Shown here: piece after piece, positions 30,241-41,060 of the stretch
Position numbering within the stretch: the first letter of the stretch is position 1
How the letters are laid out: each line of letters opens with the position of its first letter
DNA from: an uncultured Chloroflexia bacterium
GTDB taxonomy: Bacteria > Chloroflexota > Anaerolineae > Anaerolineales > Villigracilaceae
Length of the DNA stretch: 64,000 nt
Direction: 5' to 3'
NCBI GenBank assembly: GCA_963739265.1
Contig: CAVTZR010000005.1
Span: 507,588-571,587 of the forward strand
Position numbers and translations under genes: made by a program
Notes under the pieces: model-generated
The model's input: the letters and a program-made list of their open reading frames with translations, nothing else
Told to the model about the DNA's origin: nothing
The model's database searches: none

Positions 30241-31134
30241 CTAGTGAAACAGGCACCTTTGCTGGAAGGGTGTCTGTTTCGTTTTCAATTGTATGCGTTC
30301 GTAGTTGTAGAAGTCAACGTATTCCTCAATCGCTTGGCGAGCCTCTTCAAAGCTGGGGTTGTGCAGATGGCGCAGATACTCTTCTTTGAGATGGCTGAAG
30401 AAGTTTTCCATAGGCGCATTGTCCCAACAGTTGCCACGGCGCGACATGGAGGCAGTGATGTTGTACTGTTGAGTGAGGACGGCATACGCCTGCGAAGTGT
30501 ATTGCGTTCCTTGGTCACTGTGGAGGATCAGCCCATCAGTGACCTTTTCTTTTTGTCTGGCTTGTTGGAGCGTGTGGGTCACCAATCCAATGGAGTTCTC
30601 GGGTCCAAATTGATGAGCCACAATAAAGCCATCGAATAGGTCTTTGATGGTAGACAGGTACGCCCAGCCCTGTTGGGTTGAGACGAAGGTAATATCCGTG
30701 ACCCACTTCTGGTTGGGGCGAGTGGCAGCAAAGTCGCGGTTGAGCAGGTTGGGATAGCGGTGATAGATGCCCAGCTCTTCGAGTTTCCGGTACATTTTGC
30801 GTTTGCGGGCCCTGGAACGGATATTGAGCTTGTGCATCAGGCGCAAAACCGTCTTGGGATTGATCACCAGACCCTGTTGTTGCTTCAACCACAGGCTAAT
30901 CCGCCGGTAGCCATAGATCTGGTGCGAAGCCGTGTAAGCCCGCTGCACGAGTTCTAAACGCACCGCATCTGTGTCCGGCTGTTCCAGCTTCTTGCGCCAA
31001 GCGTAATAGGCTGCTCGCGAGACACCTAGGAAGGCACACATGGCCTTCATTTCGAACTCTTTTCGATGGTGATAAAGCACCCGATATTGCGCTGCGCGAG
31101 CCGCACTTCCCGCAATTCGGAATGGAATTTTTTT
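30241..31134 (-). CDS. IS3 transposase OrfB (DDE/rve), expressed as an OrfAB fusion by -1 frameshift
   Basis: PNQKWVTDITF.., ..LHSDQGTQYTS.. and ..GNCWDNAPMENFF.. form the DDE triad context. Confidence 0.85.
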   Translation of the reverse strand, partial: KKIPFRIAGSAARAAQYRVLYHHRKEFEMKAMCAFLGVSRAAYYAWRKKLEQPDTDAVRLELVQRAYTASHQIYGYRRISLWLKQQQGLVINPKTVLRLMHKLNIRSRARKRKMYRKLEELGIYHRYPNLLNRDFAATRPNQKWVTDITFVSTQQGWAYLSTIKDLFDGFIVAHQFGPENSIGLVTHTLQQARQKEKVTDGLILHSDQGTQYTSQAYAVLTQQYNITASMSRRGNCWDNAPMENFFSHLKEEYLRHLHNPSFEEARQAIEEYVDFYNYERIQLKTKQTPFQQRCLFH

Positions 31135-31415
31135 AGCAGGGCCACTTCCATCCGCAGCCGCTCCAGTTCGGCTTGCGCCCCGGCCCTTTTGCGAGGTCGA
31201 CCTCTCGGCTTGGCAAACGCGCTGGCGCCTTCGGCTCGATATTGCCTCAACCATTTCTGGATTCGTTGCGGATCCCGGATCCCGAGCGCCGCCGTGACCT
31301 CGGCGCGCGTTTGGCCCTCTTCATAAAACAGCCGCACCGCTTCCAGCTTCAGCTCCGGCGGATAATGCTGCATTCCTTTCTTACCTGCCATAGAAAAAAG
31401 CACCTCCTGTTCCAT
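31047..31415 (-). CDS. IS3 transposase OrfA (HTH)
   Basis: ..YPPELKLEAVRLFYEEGQTRAEV..GIRDPQRIQKWLRQY.. is followed by a leucine-zipper-like ELERLRMEVALLKKF. Confidence 0.85.
   Translation of the reverse strand: MEQEVLFSMAGKKGMQHYPPELKLEAVRLFYEEGQTRAEVTAALGIRDPQRIQKWLRQYRAEGASAFAKPRGRPRKRAGAQAELERLRMEVALLKKFHSELREVRLAQRNIGCFITIEKSSK
31128..31134 (-). promoter_or_regulatory. Programmed -1 ribosomal frameshift site (A7)
   Basis: The minus strand reads CTG CTA AAA AAA TTC. The -1 frame continues as KKIPFRIAG.. into OrfB. Confidence 0.7.
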
Positions 31416-31530
31416 TTTCTCACAGAGGGTGCTTTCTCTTCGTGTCTCGTTCTAGGGGTTCAGTTCAATCAGGCAAGCCATCTTTTCTTTCTGTGATTTC
31501 GTAATCGCAGATGGGTCTGGAAACCTCAGC

Positions 31531-31917
31531 CTAGTGGGCAGGATTGGGCCGCCCGTGCAGTTCCTCTTTCAAGATCAGCGATAGCACGATACTGACCACT
31601 GTCACCACGAGTCCGCCCAGGAAAGCCGGCAAGAAGCCGTCGATAGTGATCGGGATGCCGACCATGTTGCCGATCTGGCCCATCAGCCAGAACAGGAACG
31701 TGTTGATCAGCAGCGTGAAGAGCCCGAGGGTCAGGATGATGAGCGGGCATGTCAGCAGCTTGAGAAGCGGCCGCAGGAACGCATTGATCAGCCCCAGGAT
31801 GAGCGCCAGCCAGACGACGCCGATGAGGCTGCCGGCCAGTGTAATGCCCGGGACAAATCGGATGGCCAGGAAAATCGCGGCCGCGTTGATCGCCCAGCGC
31901 AGGATGAATTTCGTCAT
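31531..31917 (-). CDS. Phage holin family (DUF360/holin 4) membrane protein
   Basis: [47 protein letters not shown].. . The ATG overlaps the upstream gene's stop (TAATG). Confidence 0.7.
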   Translation of the reverse strand: MTKFILRWAINAAAIFLAIRFVPGITLAGSLIGVVWLALILGLINAFLRPLLKLLTCPLIILTLGLFTLLINTFLFWLMGQIGNMVGIPITIDGFLPAFLGGLVVTVVSIVLSLILKEELHGRPNPAH

Positions 31918-33027
31918 TAAGTCCTCTCCTTTCGAGAATCCATACGAGCGACGGGGCCCGAAGTTGCGCCGGCGTGCATCCACAGCAGGGTGCGCGAGAG
32001 GGCGAAGCCTGCGGCCTCGATTGCCTGCAGCATCTCACCGGCCGGGTATTCAAGGGCCAGCCTGCGATAGTGGGAGAGGTCGCGTCCGCGCGGCCTCCAG
32101 CGCCAGGCTGAGACCCACCCCGTCTCCGTCGACCGGCGCCGCCGGCCACAGGGCGTTCGACGAGCGCTGCAGGGGCATCCAATGCACAACGGCGAGCAGA
32201 TTGCCGTTGCGGATCGCGCCCCATTGCCGGCCTTCGGTGCCCTCCAAGATGCGCCGCAGCCAGTTGCCCAGGCCAGGCGCAAGCGTGTTCCATTCCCAGT
32301 GCGCGTACCAGCTCAACTCGGAGGGATGGGCCCGCTCGAGCCAGGCGTGCTGCTGGGGCCATTGGCGGTTCAGAGGCGCGGCAATGATGATTCCGGCCGC
32401 AGGATTCGCGGCGGCGGTTTCCAACTGGCTGTTTGGAACCTTCGGATCCAGCAGCGGTTTGGACTGCATTTGCGATCCGCCCGGCCTGGAGTAGTAGGTT
32501 GTGCGCCTTGCGCGTTCGCTGAAACCCAGGTCGGTGTAGATCTTGATGGCGGTCGGGTTATCGTCCCGCACCTGCAGCCACAGGTCGCGGGCGCCCTTCT
32601 GCCGCGCCGCGATCATCGCCTTTTCGGTCAAGGACTGGCTAATCCCGTGCCGGCGGTAATCGGGGTGTGTGGCTATGTTGGCGAGCATCGCCATCTTCTT
32701 CCCCGCGTAGGTCTGGTAGACCAGGCTCACATTGCCGATGATCTTGCCGTTTTCCTCCCATACAAAGCCGGCCAGCGGCATCGAGGTGCTGTCCACCATC
32801 TTACCCGCCCAGTTCAGGAAGCCCTGATCGTGGCCTGCCCGCCGCATCTGCTGCAGGTAGGACTGACCGTCGTCGTCCATGGTCGAGGCAAAACAGAGCT
32901 CGATCAGGTCGGCGACCTCCGGCAGGTCGTGGATGATGTTCAGGGGCCGCAGGTTTCCGGTCTGCGGCGCCTGGATCGGCACGGTGATCGAGGCCATTGC
33001 GTGTATTATAGCCGGTTCGTCCCACAT
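31917..33027 (-). CDS. GNAT N-acetyltransferase, two-domain, frame broken near 32100
   Basis: ..[43 protein letters not shown] is the acetyl-CoA motif. The C-terminus ..[30 protein letters not shown] lies in another frame. Confidence 0.7.
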
Positions 33028-33099
33028 TCCCGCTTCGCTGGGCCCGCCGCAGGGTTAATGGACCTCTTACACAGTGCAAATAATCCGCCAATCGGACTT

Positions 33100-33108
33100 T
33101 GTTATAAT
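33100..33108 (+). promoter_or_regulatory. Extended -10 promoter element upstream of clpC
   Basis: TG-T-TATAAT lies 53 nt before the ATG. GGAGGG lies 8 nt before the ATG. Confidence 0.4.
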
Positions 33109-33160
33109 CCTCGCAATGGGAGCCTGGGGTGTCAAAGACCCCAGCGGAGGGCCATAACCT

Positions 33161-35638
33161 ATGATGCGATTTGACCGATTTACCGAACGAGCACAGGAGG
33201 CCGCCCAGCGCGCAGCCGAGATCATCCAGCGCTACGGCCACAACCAGATTGATACCGAGCACATCCTGCTCGCCCTGATCGAGCAGCCGGGTGGCGTGAT
33301 CCCCCAGATCCTCGAGAAGATGAACGTCAGCCCCGATGCGCTGGTCGAGCGCATCGATGCAACTCTGCGCTCCAGCCCGAAGGCCAATATCTTTGGCGGC
33401 GGCGCAGGCCAGATCTTTATTACCCCGCGCGTCAAGCGGATCGTCGATCTCGCCAACGAGGAGGCCAACCGGCTGAAGGACGAGTACATTTCGACCGAGC
33501 ACATCTTCCTGGCGATACTGACCGAGCGTAACACTCCGGCCGCGCGCATCCTCGAGGCCGCCGGCCTGACCCGTGACCGCGTCTATGACGCCATCCAGGA
33601 CCTGCGCGGCGGCCAGCGCGTCACCGACCCCCAGGCCGAGACCCGCTACCGCACGCTGGAGAAGTACTCCCGCGACCTGACCCAATTTGCCCGCGAGGGC
33701 AAGCTCGATCCCGTGATCGGGCGTGACACCGAGATCATGCGCCTGATCCAGATCCTTTCGCGGCGCACGAAGAACAACCCGGTGCTGATCGGCGAGGCGG
33801 GTGTAGGCAAGACCGCCATCGTTGAAGGCCTGGCGCAAAAGATCGCCACGCAATGACGTCCCGGAGATCCTTTCGGGCAAGCGCGTCGTTGCGCTCGACC
33901 TGGGTGGAATGATCGCCGGCTCGCGCTTCCGCGGTGAGTTCGAGGAGCGCCTCAAGGCCGTCATCGAGGAAGTCCAGCGGTCGCAGGGCGAGATCATCAT
34001 GATGATCGACGAGCTGCATACCGTGGTGGGCGCCGGCGCTGCGCAGGGCGCGATGGACGCCAGCAACATGCTCAAGCCGGCCCTGGCGCGCGGCGAACTG
34101 CAGGCCATCGGCGCGACCACTCTGGATGAGTTCCACAAGTATATTGAGAAGGACGCTGCACTGGAGCGCCGTTTCGCCCCGATCTACGTGGAAGAGCCCA
34201 GCGTTGACGATACGATCAAGATGCTGTATGGCCTGCGCGACCGCTATGAGGCCCATCACAAGGTCCGCTTTGCAGATGAGGCCCTGATTTCTGCCGCGCG
34301 TCTCGCCGACCGCTATGTGACCGACCGCCACCTGCCCGACAAAGCCATCGACTTGATGGACGAGGCCGCCGCCAAACTGCGCGTGGCCCTGTACTCGATG
34401 CCGGCCGACCTGAAGGAGATGAAGGCCGAACTCGACCGGCTGCATGCCGAGGAGGATGCTGCCTCCAACTGCGCGCGACTATCAGCGCGCGGCCGAGATC
34501 AAGGTCGAGCGGCTGCGTCACGACCAGGAGTACGCCGAGAAGCGCGACAAGTGGGAAGCGGAACACCAGCTCGATGAGGTGGTGGACGTCAACGACATTG
34601 CCGAGGTGGTCCATCAGTGGACCGGCATCCCGGTGAGCCAGATGATGGAAACCGAGGCCACCAAGCTCCTGCACATGGAGGAGCGCCTGCACGAGCGCAT
34701 CATCGGGCAGGATGAGGCCATCCATGCGATCTCGGATGCCATCCGCCGCGCGCGCTCGGGCCTGAAGGATCCCTCCCGGCCGATCGGCTCGTTCATCTTC
34801 ATCGGCCCCTCGGGCGTCGGCAAGACCGAACTGGCCAAGGCGCTGGCCTGGTTCATGTTCGATGATGAGGATGCCGCTGGTGCGGGTCGACATGTCCGAA
34901 TACCGCGAACAGCACACGGTCAGCCGCCTGTTCGGCGCGCCTCCGGGTTATGTCGGCTACGAGGAGGGCGGTCAGCTCACGGAAGCCGTGCGTCGCCGTC
35001 CCTACCGGGTGGTCCTGTTCGATGAGATCGAGAAGGCGCATCCCGAGGTCTGGAACGCGCTGCTGCAGATCCTGGATGACGGTCGCATGACCGATGGTCA
35101 GGGTAATGTGGTGGATTTCCGCAACACGATCCTGATCATGACCTCGAACCTGGGCACCGAGTACGTCAAGACGAGCGGCACTCTCGGTTTCCTCCAGCAG
35201 AATTCGGACGACGAGGAGCGCGAGGCGCACGACAAGATCGAGAAGGCCCTCAAGGGCACATTCCGACCCGAGTTCCTCAACCGGGTGGATGAGATCATCA
35301 TGTTCTCGCCGCTCTCGCTCGAGGATATGGAGCGCATCGTCGACCTGCAGATGAAGGAAGTGCAGGATCGCCTGATCGAGTACAACATCCGGGTCGAGTT
35401 GAGCGAGGCCGCCCGCAAATGGCTTGCCAAGGAAGGCTATGATCCTGCATTTGGCGCCCGGCCACTGCGGCGCGCCATCCAGAAGCACGTCGAAAGCCCG
35501 CTTTCGGTCGAGCTGCTGGCGGGCAGCTACAAGGACGGCGCCACGGTCGTGGTGGACGTGGATCAGAAGAAGAATCAGATCAGTTTCCAGTCTGCCCAGC
35601 TGATCAAGAAGGCCAAGCAGCCAGCGCCGACCGCCTAG
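33161..35638 (+). CDS. clpC: ATP-dependent Clp protease ATP-binding subunit ClpC-type (about 826 aa), three frame breaks (~33850, ~34470, ~34880)
   Basis: It has Clp_N repeats, two Walker A motifs ([16 protein letters not shown]) and a short UVR-like middle region ([15 protein letters not shown]) rather than the long ClpB coiled coil. An LGF tripeptide loop points to ClpP docking. Confidence 0.8.
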
Positions 35639-35651
35639 CAAAGGCGTATAT

Positions 35652-35691
35652 GAACGGGACAGCACACCCAACGCTGTCCCGTTCTTTTTTT
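35652..35691 (+). terminator. Rho-independent terminator of clpC
   Basis: A 12-bp stem GAACGGGACAGC-(9 nt)-GCTGTCCCGTTC is followed by T7. Confidence 0.85.
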
Positions 35692-35793
35692 GCGGGAATT
35701 TGGCCGCATGCCCCTCGGACCTGTCGCCGAATTCCTAATCCTGGGTTCAAGGATTTCGGTTAGCATCATCGTATCGTTGGGACGGGATAGCTC

Positions 35794-37836
35794 ATGGATC
35801 AGTCGCCTCGGAGATCACGCAACTGGACGCTGATTGCGGTGATTGGCATTCTGTTGGTTTGCGTGTGTGCGATCGTGCTCGCGGGGGGTGCGTTCATCTT
35901 CTTCCGTTCCATGGATCTTGGACCCCTCGTTTCGACCGTGGTCTCTCCGGGATGTTTACCCTCCACGGAGCAGCCTGCGCCGACCCTCAGCCGCCCTCCG
36001 GCCGGCTCAGTTTCCACCGACACAGCCCAGATCCTCAGCCAGACGATCGTGCCCGATCGCGACCTATATGACCTGGCCTGCCGCCTAAGGAATATATGCA
36101 GCGTCTCGCACACGCTCCCCCCGCCGGCGACCCCGCCCCAGGTTGGTGACCGGCAGAAGTTCTGGGTGCTGAATTCCGATACCAGCGCTCACTTTCAAGT
36201 GAACGCGGTCCTGCGCTACATCACTCCCCATTCCTATTTCTGGGTCTCCGATGGGATCGACGCCTCGGACAAAGACATCGCCGCGTTGATGAACACCTTC
36301 GAGAGCAGGATCTACCCGACCGACCGGGAGTTCTTTGGCAGCGAATGGACGCCCGGCGTCGATAACGATCCGCATATCTACGTCGTCTACACGCACGGCC
36401 TCGGACAGTCGGTCGCTGGCTACTTCTCCGCCCCGGACGAGTACAACCCGCTGGTGTATCCTGACTCCAACGGCCACGAGATGTTCTTCTTCAGTGCCGA
36501 TGGCCAGGACCTGACCGACCAATACTCGTACAGCGTGCTGGCTCATGAATTCCAGCACATGATCCACTGGAACCTCGACCGCAATGAGAGCACCTGGATG
36601 AACGAGGGCTTCTCGGAGGTCGCCATGCTGCTGAACGGGTACTCGGTCGGCGGTGTGGATATCAGCTTTGCCCGCTGTCCCGACGTGTCGCTCACGGACT
36701 GGACCAGCCTGACCGACAACCCTGGAGTCACGTCCGCCCACTATGGCGAGTTGTTCCTCTTCCTGACCTACTTCCTGGATCGCTTCGGCGACCAGGTCAC
36801 CCGGGCAGTTGTGCAGGATCAGGAGAACAGCCTCACCAGCGTGGATGATGTCCTGCAGAAGCTGAACGTCGTCGACAAGCAGACCGGCCAGCCCATCACC
36901 GCCGACGATGTCGTCCTGGATTGGATGGCCGCCCTCTACCTGCACAACGCCTCGATCGCCGACGGCCGCTACGCGTATCACAATTACGCGAGCGCACCCA
37001 GGGTCTCAGCCACCGGGACAGTCAGCCATTGCCCGGCCTCCCGGGCGAGCACATCGGTCAGTCAGTACGGCGCGGACTATATCGCCATCACCTGCGCCGG
37101 CGATCACACCCTTTCCTTCGTGGGCTCCACCCAGGCCAGTCTTATCCCACCCCAGCCGCACTCCGGCAAGTATGCCTTCTGGTCCAACAAGGGCGATGAA
37201 TCGGACATGACCCTGACCCATGACTTCGATCTTTCCTCGGTCACCGGCCCGATCTCCTTCTCCTACTGGACCTGGTATGACCTCGAGAAGGGCTATGACT
37301 ATCTCTACCTGGAGGCCTCGAGCGACGGACAGCACTGGGACATCCTGAAGACGCCATCATGCTCTGCGAACGATCTCTCGGGCAATGCCTATGGCTGCGG
37401 CTACACCGGCCGCAGTGGCGGCGGCGATGAGACCTCGGCCTGGATCGACGAGACGGTCGACCTCTCGCAGTATGCCGGCAGGAAGATCCAGCTCCGCTTC
37501 GAGTACATCACGGACGAGGCCCTCAATGGCGAAGGCCTGCTCCTGGACGATGTATCCCTGCCCGCGGTCAATTACTCGTCCGACTTCGAAGCGGATGACG
37601 GCGGTTGGACTGCGGACGGCTTCGCCCGCATCCAGAACTCGCTTCCACAGACCTTCCGCCTATCGCTGATCCTAAAGTCGCAGAGCGGCACCGCGGTCCA
37701 GTACATACCGGTCACGGCGGACGAGACTGCCGACATCCCACTCTCGTTGAGGGAGGGCGACAGCGCCGTTCTGATCGTGACTGGCACTCAGCGCTTCACG
37801 CGTCTTGCCGCGGCCTATACGATCGAGATCAAGTAG
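35794..37836 (+). CDS. Membrane-anchored gluzincin-type metallopeptidase with a beta-rich C-terminal domain
   Basis: It has an N-terminal TM helix. HEFQHMIHWN..WMNEGFSE is an HExxH motif plus a downstream NEGF-type Glu, as in clan MA(E). Confidence 0.65.
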   Translation: MDQSPRRSRNWTLIAVIGILLVCVCAIVLAGGAFIFFRSMDLGPLVSTVVSPGCLPSTEQPAPTLSRPPAGSVSTDTAQILSQTIVPDRDLYDLACRLRNICSVSHTLPPPATPPQVGDRQKFWVLNSDTSAHFQVNAVLRYITPHSYFWVSDGIDASDKDIAALMNTFESRIYPTDREFFGSEWTPGVDNDPHIYVVYTHGLGQSVAGYFSAPDEYNPLVYPDSNGHEMFFFSADGQDLTDQYSYSVLAHEFQHMIHWNLDRNESTWMNEGFSEVAMLLNGYSVGGVDISFARCPDVSLTDWTSLTDNPGVTSAHYGELFLFLTYFLDRFGDQVTRAVVQDQENSLTSVDDVLQKLNVVDKQTGQPITADDVVLDWMAALYLHNASIADGRYAYHNYASAPRVSATGTVSHCPASRASTSVSQYGADYIAITCAGDHTLSFVGSTQASLIPPQPHSGKYAFWSNKGDESDMTLTHDFDLSSVTGPISFSYWTWYDLEKGYDYLYLEASSDGQHWDILKTPSCSANDLSGNAYGCGYTGRSGGGDETSAWIDETVDLSQYAGRKIQLRFEYITDEALNGEGLLLDDVSLPAVNYSSDFEADDGGWTADGFARIQNSLPQTFRLSLILKSQSGTAVQYIPVTADETADIPLSLREGDSAVLIVTGTQRFTRLAAAYTIEIK

Positions 37837-37838
37837 AT

Positions 37839-38168
37839 ATGTCAACCGCACCCAGATCCCAGGTTCTCCCGCTCGCGGAGATGGTCTCCTACCAGGAAGG
37901 CTCCATCGTCAGCCGGCAGATCACGAAGTCAGAGGCCGGCAATGTCACCTTGTTCGCGTTCGACGTCGGCCAGGAGCTGAGCGAGCACACCGCTCCCTAT
38001 GACGCCCTCGTCCACGTCCTGGAGGGCTCAGCGGAGATCCGCATCTCAGGCCGGCCCTATGACCTCGCGGCCGGCGAGGCCATCGTGATGCCGGCCGGTG
38101 AGCCGCATGCCTTGAAGGCCAACAAGCGCTTCAAGATGTTGTTGACGATGGTCCGCCCTTCGGGCTGA
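37839..38168 (+). CDS. Cupin domain protein
   Basis: ATG 37839 lies 2 nt after the upstream stop. The cupin motifs are ..G.ELSEHTAPYDALVHVLEG.. and ..GEAIVMPAGEPHAL.. . Confidence 0.75.
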   Translation: MSTAPRSQVLPLAEMVSYQEGSIVSRQITKSEAGNVTLFAFDVGQELSEHTAPYDALVHVLEGSAEIRISGRPYDLAAGEAIVMPAGEPHALKANKRFKMLLTMVRPSG

Positions 38169-38204
38169 TAACGCGCGGATATTTCCTACGATGGGGGAGA
38201 GGTA

Positions 38205-39215
38205 CTAGGTAGCAGCGACTGGTTTTGGCGGGCGATAGAGTCCCAGGAATCGACCGAGCAAGCCGTAGCCAACCAGAACGCCTGCGCTGGCGATGACAAT
38301 GAAAACCGCACCGACCAGGAGGAACCTGCCCGCCTGGGGCGACACACCCTCGCCGAGCGCTTCCGCGGCGGCCAGCGCAAGTCCCAAAGCCGCCCCGCCG
38401 AGCGCGGCTGCATGCCATGGATGCAGCCGCGGATTCAGCCAGCCTATCAGACCCTGCACGGCAGGCGCCTGGGTGATCCTTTCCATTCCATTGAAGACGC
38501 CGGCGGGAATGACCCGGCGTCCCTTCAACCAGCGATAGATCGCGGCGATATCGTCGATAGCGTCCTCACCTGCTGACCCCGGCGCCGGGAACATCATAGT
38601 GGGCAGCGCCCATACAGCCGCGAACAGGACTAGCATGCCCAGTAGCGCCGTCAGGATTCCACCGACGATGCTCGTGTCCCATGCCGGAGGGTACGCAGCC
38701 AGAATGATGGCGCTCACCAGGCAGATAAACGCCGGTCGCCTCCACGAACTATCGCCATTGGAGCGCGGTACGTCCTGCAGCCTGGCCCAAAGCCAGAGGC
38801 CCGCGCATACATCCATGATCGCCAGAGCTGCCATGAGTGAGATCAGCGTGCGGCCGCCCGGCGAGCCAAGCGGTCCGGAGGGTTGGCGCAGGACGGCGAT
38901 CGCATCCGCCGCAAGCGTCACGGCGATCGACAACAGCACCAGGGTCGCGCCGCGCAGGATCGATTCGAGTCCGTCTGGCGAGGTCTCCCCACCGGCATAC
39001 GGGCGGAAGGCGCGCAGCACTGTGAGGAGCGCGGTGAACAGTCCGAGCAGCACTCCGAACGATCCGACCGCATCATACGGATCCACGTTGAACGGATTGA
39101 CCGTCGCGAGCAGAGGTAGGTGCTTGCTGCGGTCGAAAAACACGAAGAAGAGCATTGCCAGTATCAGGATTCCGAGCGAGAACACCCTGAATTGGCGCGT
39201 AAGTCGCCTGTTCAT
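38205..39215 (-). CDS. Polytopic membrane protein, unknown family (last gene of the TPR operon direction)
   Basis: It has about 9 hydrophobic helices. The start was chosen at MNRRLTRQFRVF..; the track ORF begins 25 codons upstream. Confidence 0.5.
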   Translation of the reverse strand: MNRRLTRQFRVFSLGILILAMLFFVFFDRSKHLPLLATVNPFNVDPYDAVGSFGVLLGLFTALLTVLRAFRPYAGGETSPDGLESILRGATLVLLSIAVTLAADAIAVLRQPSGPLGSPGGRTLISLMAALAIMDVCAGLWLWARLQDVPRSNGDSSWRRPAFICLVSAIILAAYPPAWDTSIVGGILTALLGMLVLFAAVWALPTMMFPAPGSAGEDAIDDIAAIYRWLKGRRVIPAGVFNGMERITQAPAVQGLIGWLNPRLHPWHAAALGGAALGLALAAAEALGEGVSPQAGRFLLVGAVFIVIASAGVLVGYGLLGRFLGLYRPPKPVAAT

Positions 39216-39342
39216 TTGACTTTGGAGACTAAATGATAGCCGCGATCGCCGAAACTTGCTCTGGATCGTATGCCCCCGCCCGGGAATCACGGAGCGGAGG
39301 ACGAATCGTCATCCGCTCCATGACCTTGCCAACCCCCACGCT

Positions 39343-41049
39343 TTAGCGTGTGTAGTCAGAGATCAGCTGTCGAAAACGGGGATCCTGGCGGATAAAGTCC
39401 AGGTCCGGATCGCGCAGGATCCAGTCGACGTAGGTCTGCTTGTTCCTGAGGGCCACTCGCAGCAGCTCGAGGGCCTCGTCCGCGTTGCCGCAGATCGCCG
39501 CCAGGCACGCCCGGTTGTATTCGTTTTCGCTGTCGAATATGCTCTTCATAGCTTTGCCTATGTGTTTCTGGGCTAATTCCTCCAGCCCCATCTTCCTGTA
39601 ATACCCTCCCAAAGTTGCATGCGCCAGGCTGTGACCCGGATCGATCTCGATCACGCGCTGGAATGCGCAGATGGCATCTTCCGTGCGGCCCAGGCATGCG
39701 TAGAGCAGGCCCAGGTGGTGATGGTACAGGGCCCGCCCCGGATCGGTCGCAACCGCCTGCTGGTATGCCGTCAGCGATTCGGAATACTGTCCCGCCGATT
39801 TGTAAAGATTTCCGAGCGTGTCCCAGGCGTGGGCATTCCGGGGATTGACCTGCACGACCCTCCGGTACTTGGCGATGTCCGTCTGCATCTTGCGCATTTC
39901 TTCGGCCGTGCGCTCGATCTCGGCAGCAAGGTCCGGACTCACCGTTTCCTCGGCTGCATCGGCCGAGGCACCTGCCTCGCCAGCTGCTGCCGGCGCCTGC
40001 GCCATCGGGGGCTCATCCTTGGCCATTTGCATTTCTGTGACCGTCTCAACCGTCTGGCTGACGGCGTACACGAAATCCGGGGTTGGGCGCTCCTCGACCT
40101 CGACCGCGACCTGCGCCTCGACAGCTTGTTCGACGTGGTCCAGGCGGTCGGTGATCTCGCGCCGGAAGACGATGGAAGGAACGATCTCCGGCGTGGAGAC
40201 TGGTTCTGGCGTGGGCGCAGCCGGTCCGATGGTCTCAGTGGGCTCTTCGACTGGCAGTTCCGGCATGGGCATGTCCGCCTCTTCGACCGGTGCCTCCTCG
40301 ATCTCCTGGACCGCCTCCTCGAGATCCGGCCCTGCCTGGATCATGTCCTGCGGGGCCTCCTCAGGGATCGGCAACCACTTGGTCAGATCATCGCCGTCAA
40401 TGTCCGGCACCTCAACGTCCGCATCTGGATCGGGCGCTGCGAACGGATCGGCACCCTCTTCGAAGTTGGGCGCGCCCCACGTTGTCAGCGGATTGGTGTC
40501 GGGCGACGCAGAGACATTCTGCTGGTATGGGCTCAACTCTGTCAGCGCCCAGGAGGCGATAAAGTCTTCAGTTGTGACTGCACTCTGGTCCGTGGAGGGT
40601 ACCGTGTCCTCAGCCTGAAATGGTTGCGGCGGGGCCTCGGCCGGAAAGACAATGTCGACCTCCCGGTCGGGCTGCGCCTTGGCCGCGGTCTCTGAGACCC
40701 AGCCCGGCCGATCATCGCTCTCGCCGTTCTCCGGATCGAGCTCATCGGCCTTCTGGTACGCCATCAGCGCGCTTTGGTAATCCTTCAGGTAGCGGTACAC
40801 GTTACCCAGCCGGTTCCACGAGATCGCTTTCTCGTTGTTCTCGATGAGCAGCTCGATGCTCCTGCGGTATAGGTCGACAGCCTCGTCGAACTTGCCCTGC
40901 TGGACGTAGGTCAGGGCCAGGTTGCTGTAAGGGCGCCCGAAGGTGTCGTCGATCTGGATCGAGCGCCGATAGGCATGCACGGCCTGCCCGTACGATCCGG
41001 AGAGGAAGTACAGGTTGCCCAACTCGTTCCATAATTCGTGTTCGCTCAT
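39343..41049 (-). CDS. TPR protein: N-terminal 3-TPR cassette, acidic/Pro-rich disordered linker, C-terminal TPRs
   Basis: ATG 41049 sits 5 nt after GGAGG. MSEHELWNELGNLY.. ..NEKAISWNRLGNVYRYL.. is followed by a ~250-aa low-complexity region and then C-terminal TPRs. Confidence 0.75.
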   Translation of the reverse strand: MSEHELWNELGNLYFLSGSYGQAVHAYRRSIQIDDTFGRPYSNLALTYVQQGKFDEAVDLYRRSIELLIENNEKAISWNRLGNVYRYLKDYQSALMAYQKADELDPENGESDDRPGWVSETAAKAQPDREVDIVFPAEAPPQPFQAEDTVPSTDQSAVTTEDFIASWALTELSPYQQNVSASPDTNPLTTWGAPNFEEGADPFAAPDPDADVEVPDIDGDDLTKWLPIPEEAPQDMIQAGPDLEEAVQEIEEAPVEEADMPMPELPVEEPTETIGPAAPTPEPVSTPEIVPSIVFRREITDRLDHVEQAVEAQVAVEVEERPTPDFVYAVSQTVETVTEMQMAKDEPPMAQAPAAAGEAGASADAAEETVSPDLAAEIERTAEEMRKMQTDIAKYRRVVQVNPRNAHAWDTLGNLYKSAGQYSESLTAYQQAVATDPGRALYHHHLGLLYACLGRTEDAICAFQRVIEIDPGHSLAHATLGGYYRKMGLEELAQKHIGKAMKSIFDSENEYNRACLAAICGNADEALELLRVALRNKQTYVDWILRDPDLDFIRQDPRFRQLISDYTR

Positions 41050-41060
41050 TCCGTCCTCCA

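Larger units (their letters stand above)
30176..31485 (-). mobile_element. IS3-family insertion sequence (IS150-like), about 1.31 kb
   Basis: It has imperfect ~45-bp terminal inverted repeats (AAAGATGGCTTGCC... at both ends), orfA plus orfB with an A7 slippery site, and visibly lower GC than the flanks. No target-site duplication is discernible. Confidence 0.85.

Noticed and set aside
30166-31495. Target-site duplication flanking the IS3 element
   Set aside because: I looked for one. The flanks read ..CCGAATT | IS | TCTTTCTG.. with no 3-5-bp direct repeat at any plausible end position, so none is claimed.
33109-33160. CtsR or CIRCE operator upstream of clpC
   Set aside because: There is only a single GTCAAAG heptad, inside a hairpin. 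There is no tandem GGTCAAA repeat and no TTAGCACTC-N9-GAGTGCTAA element.
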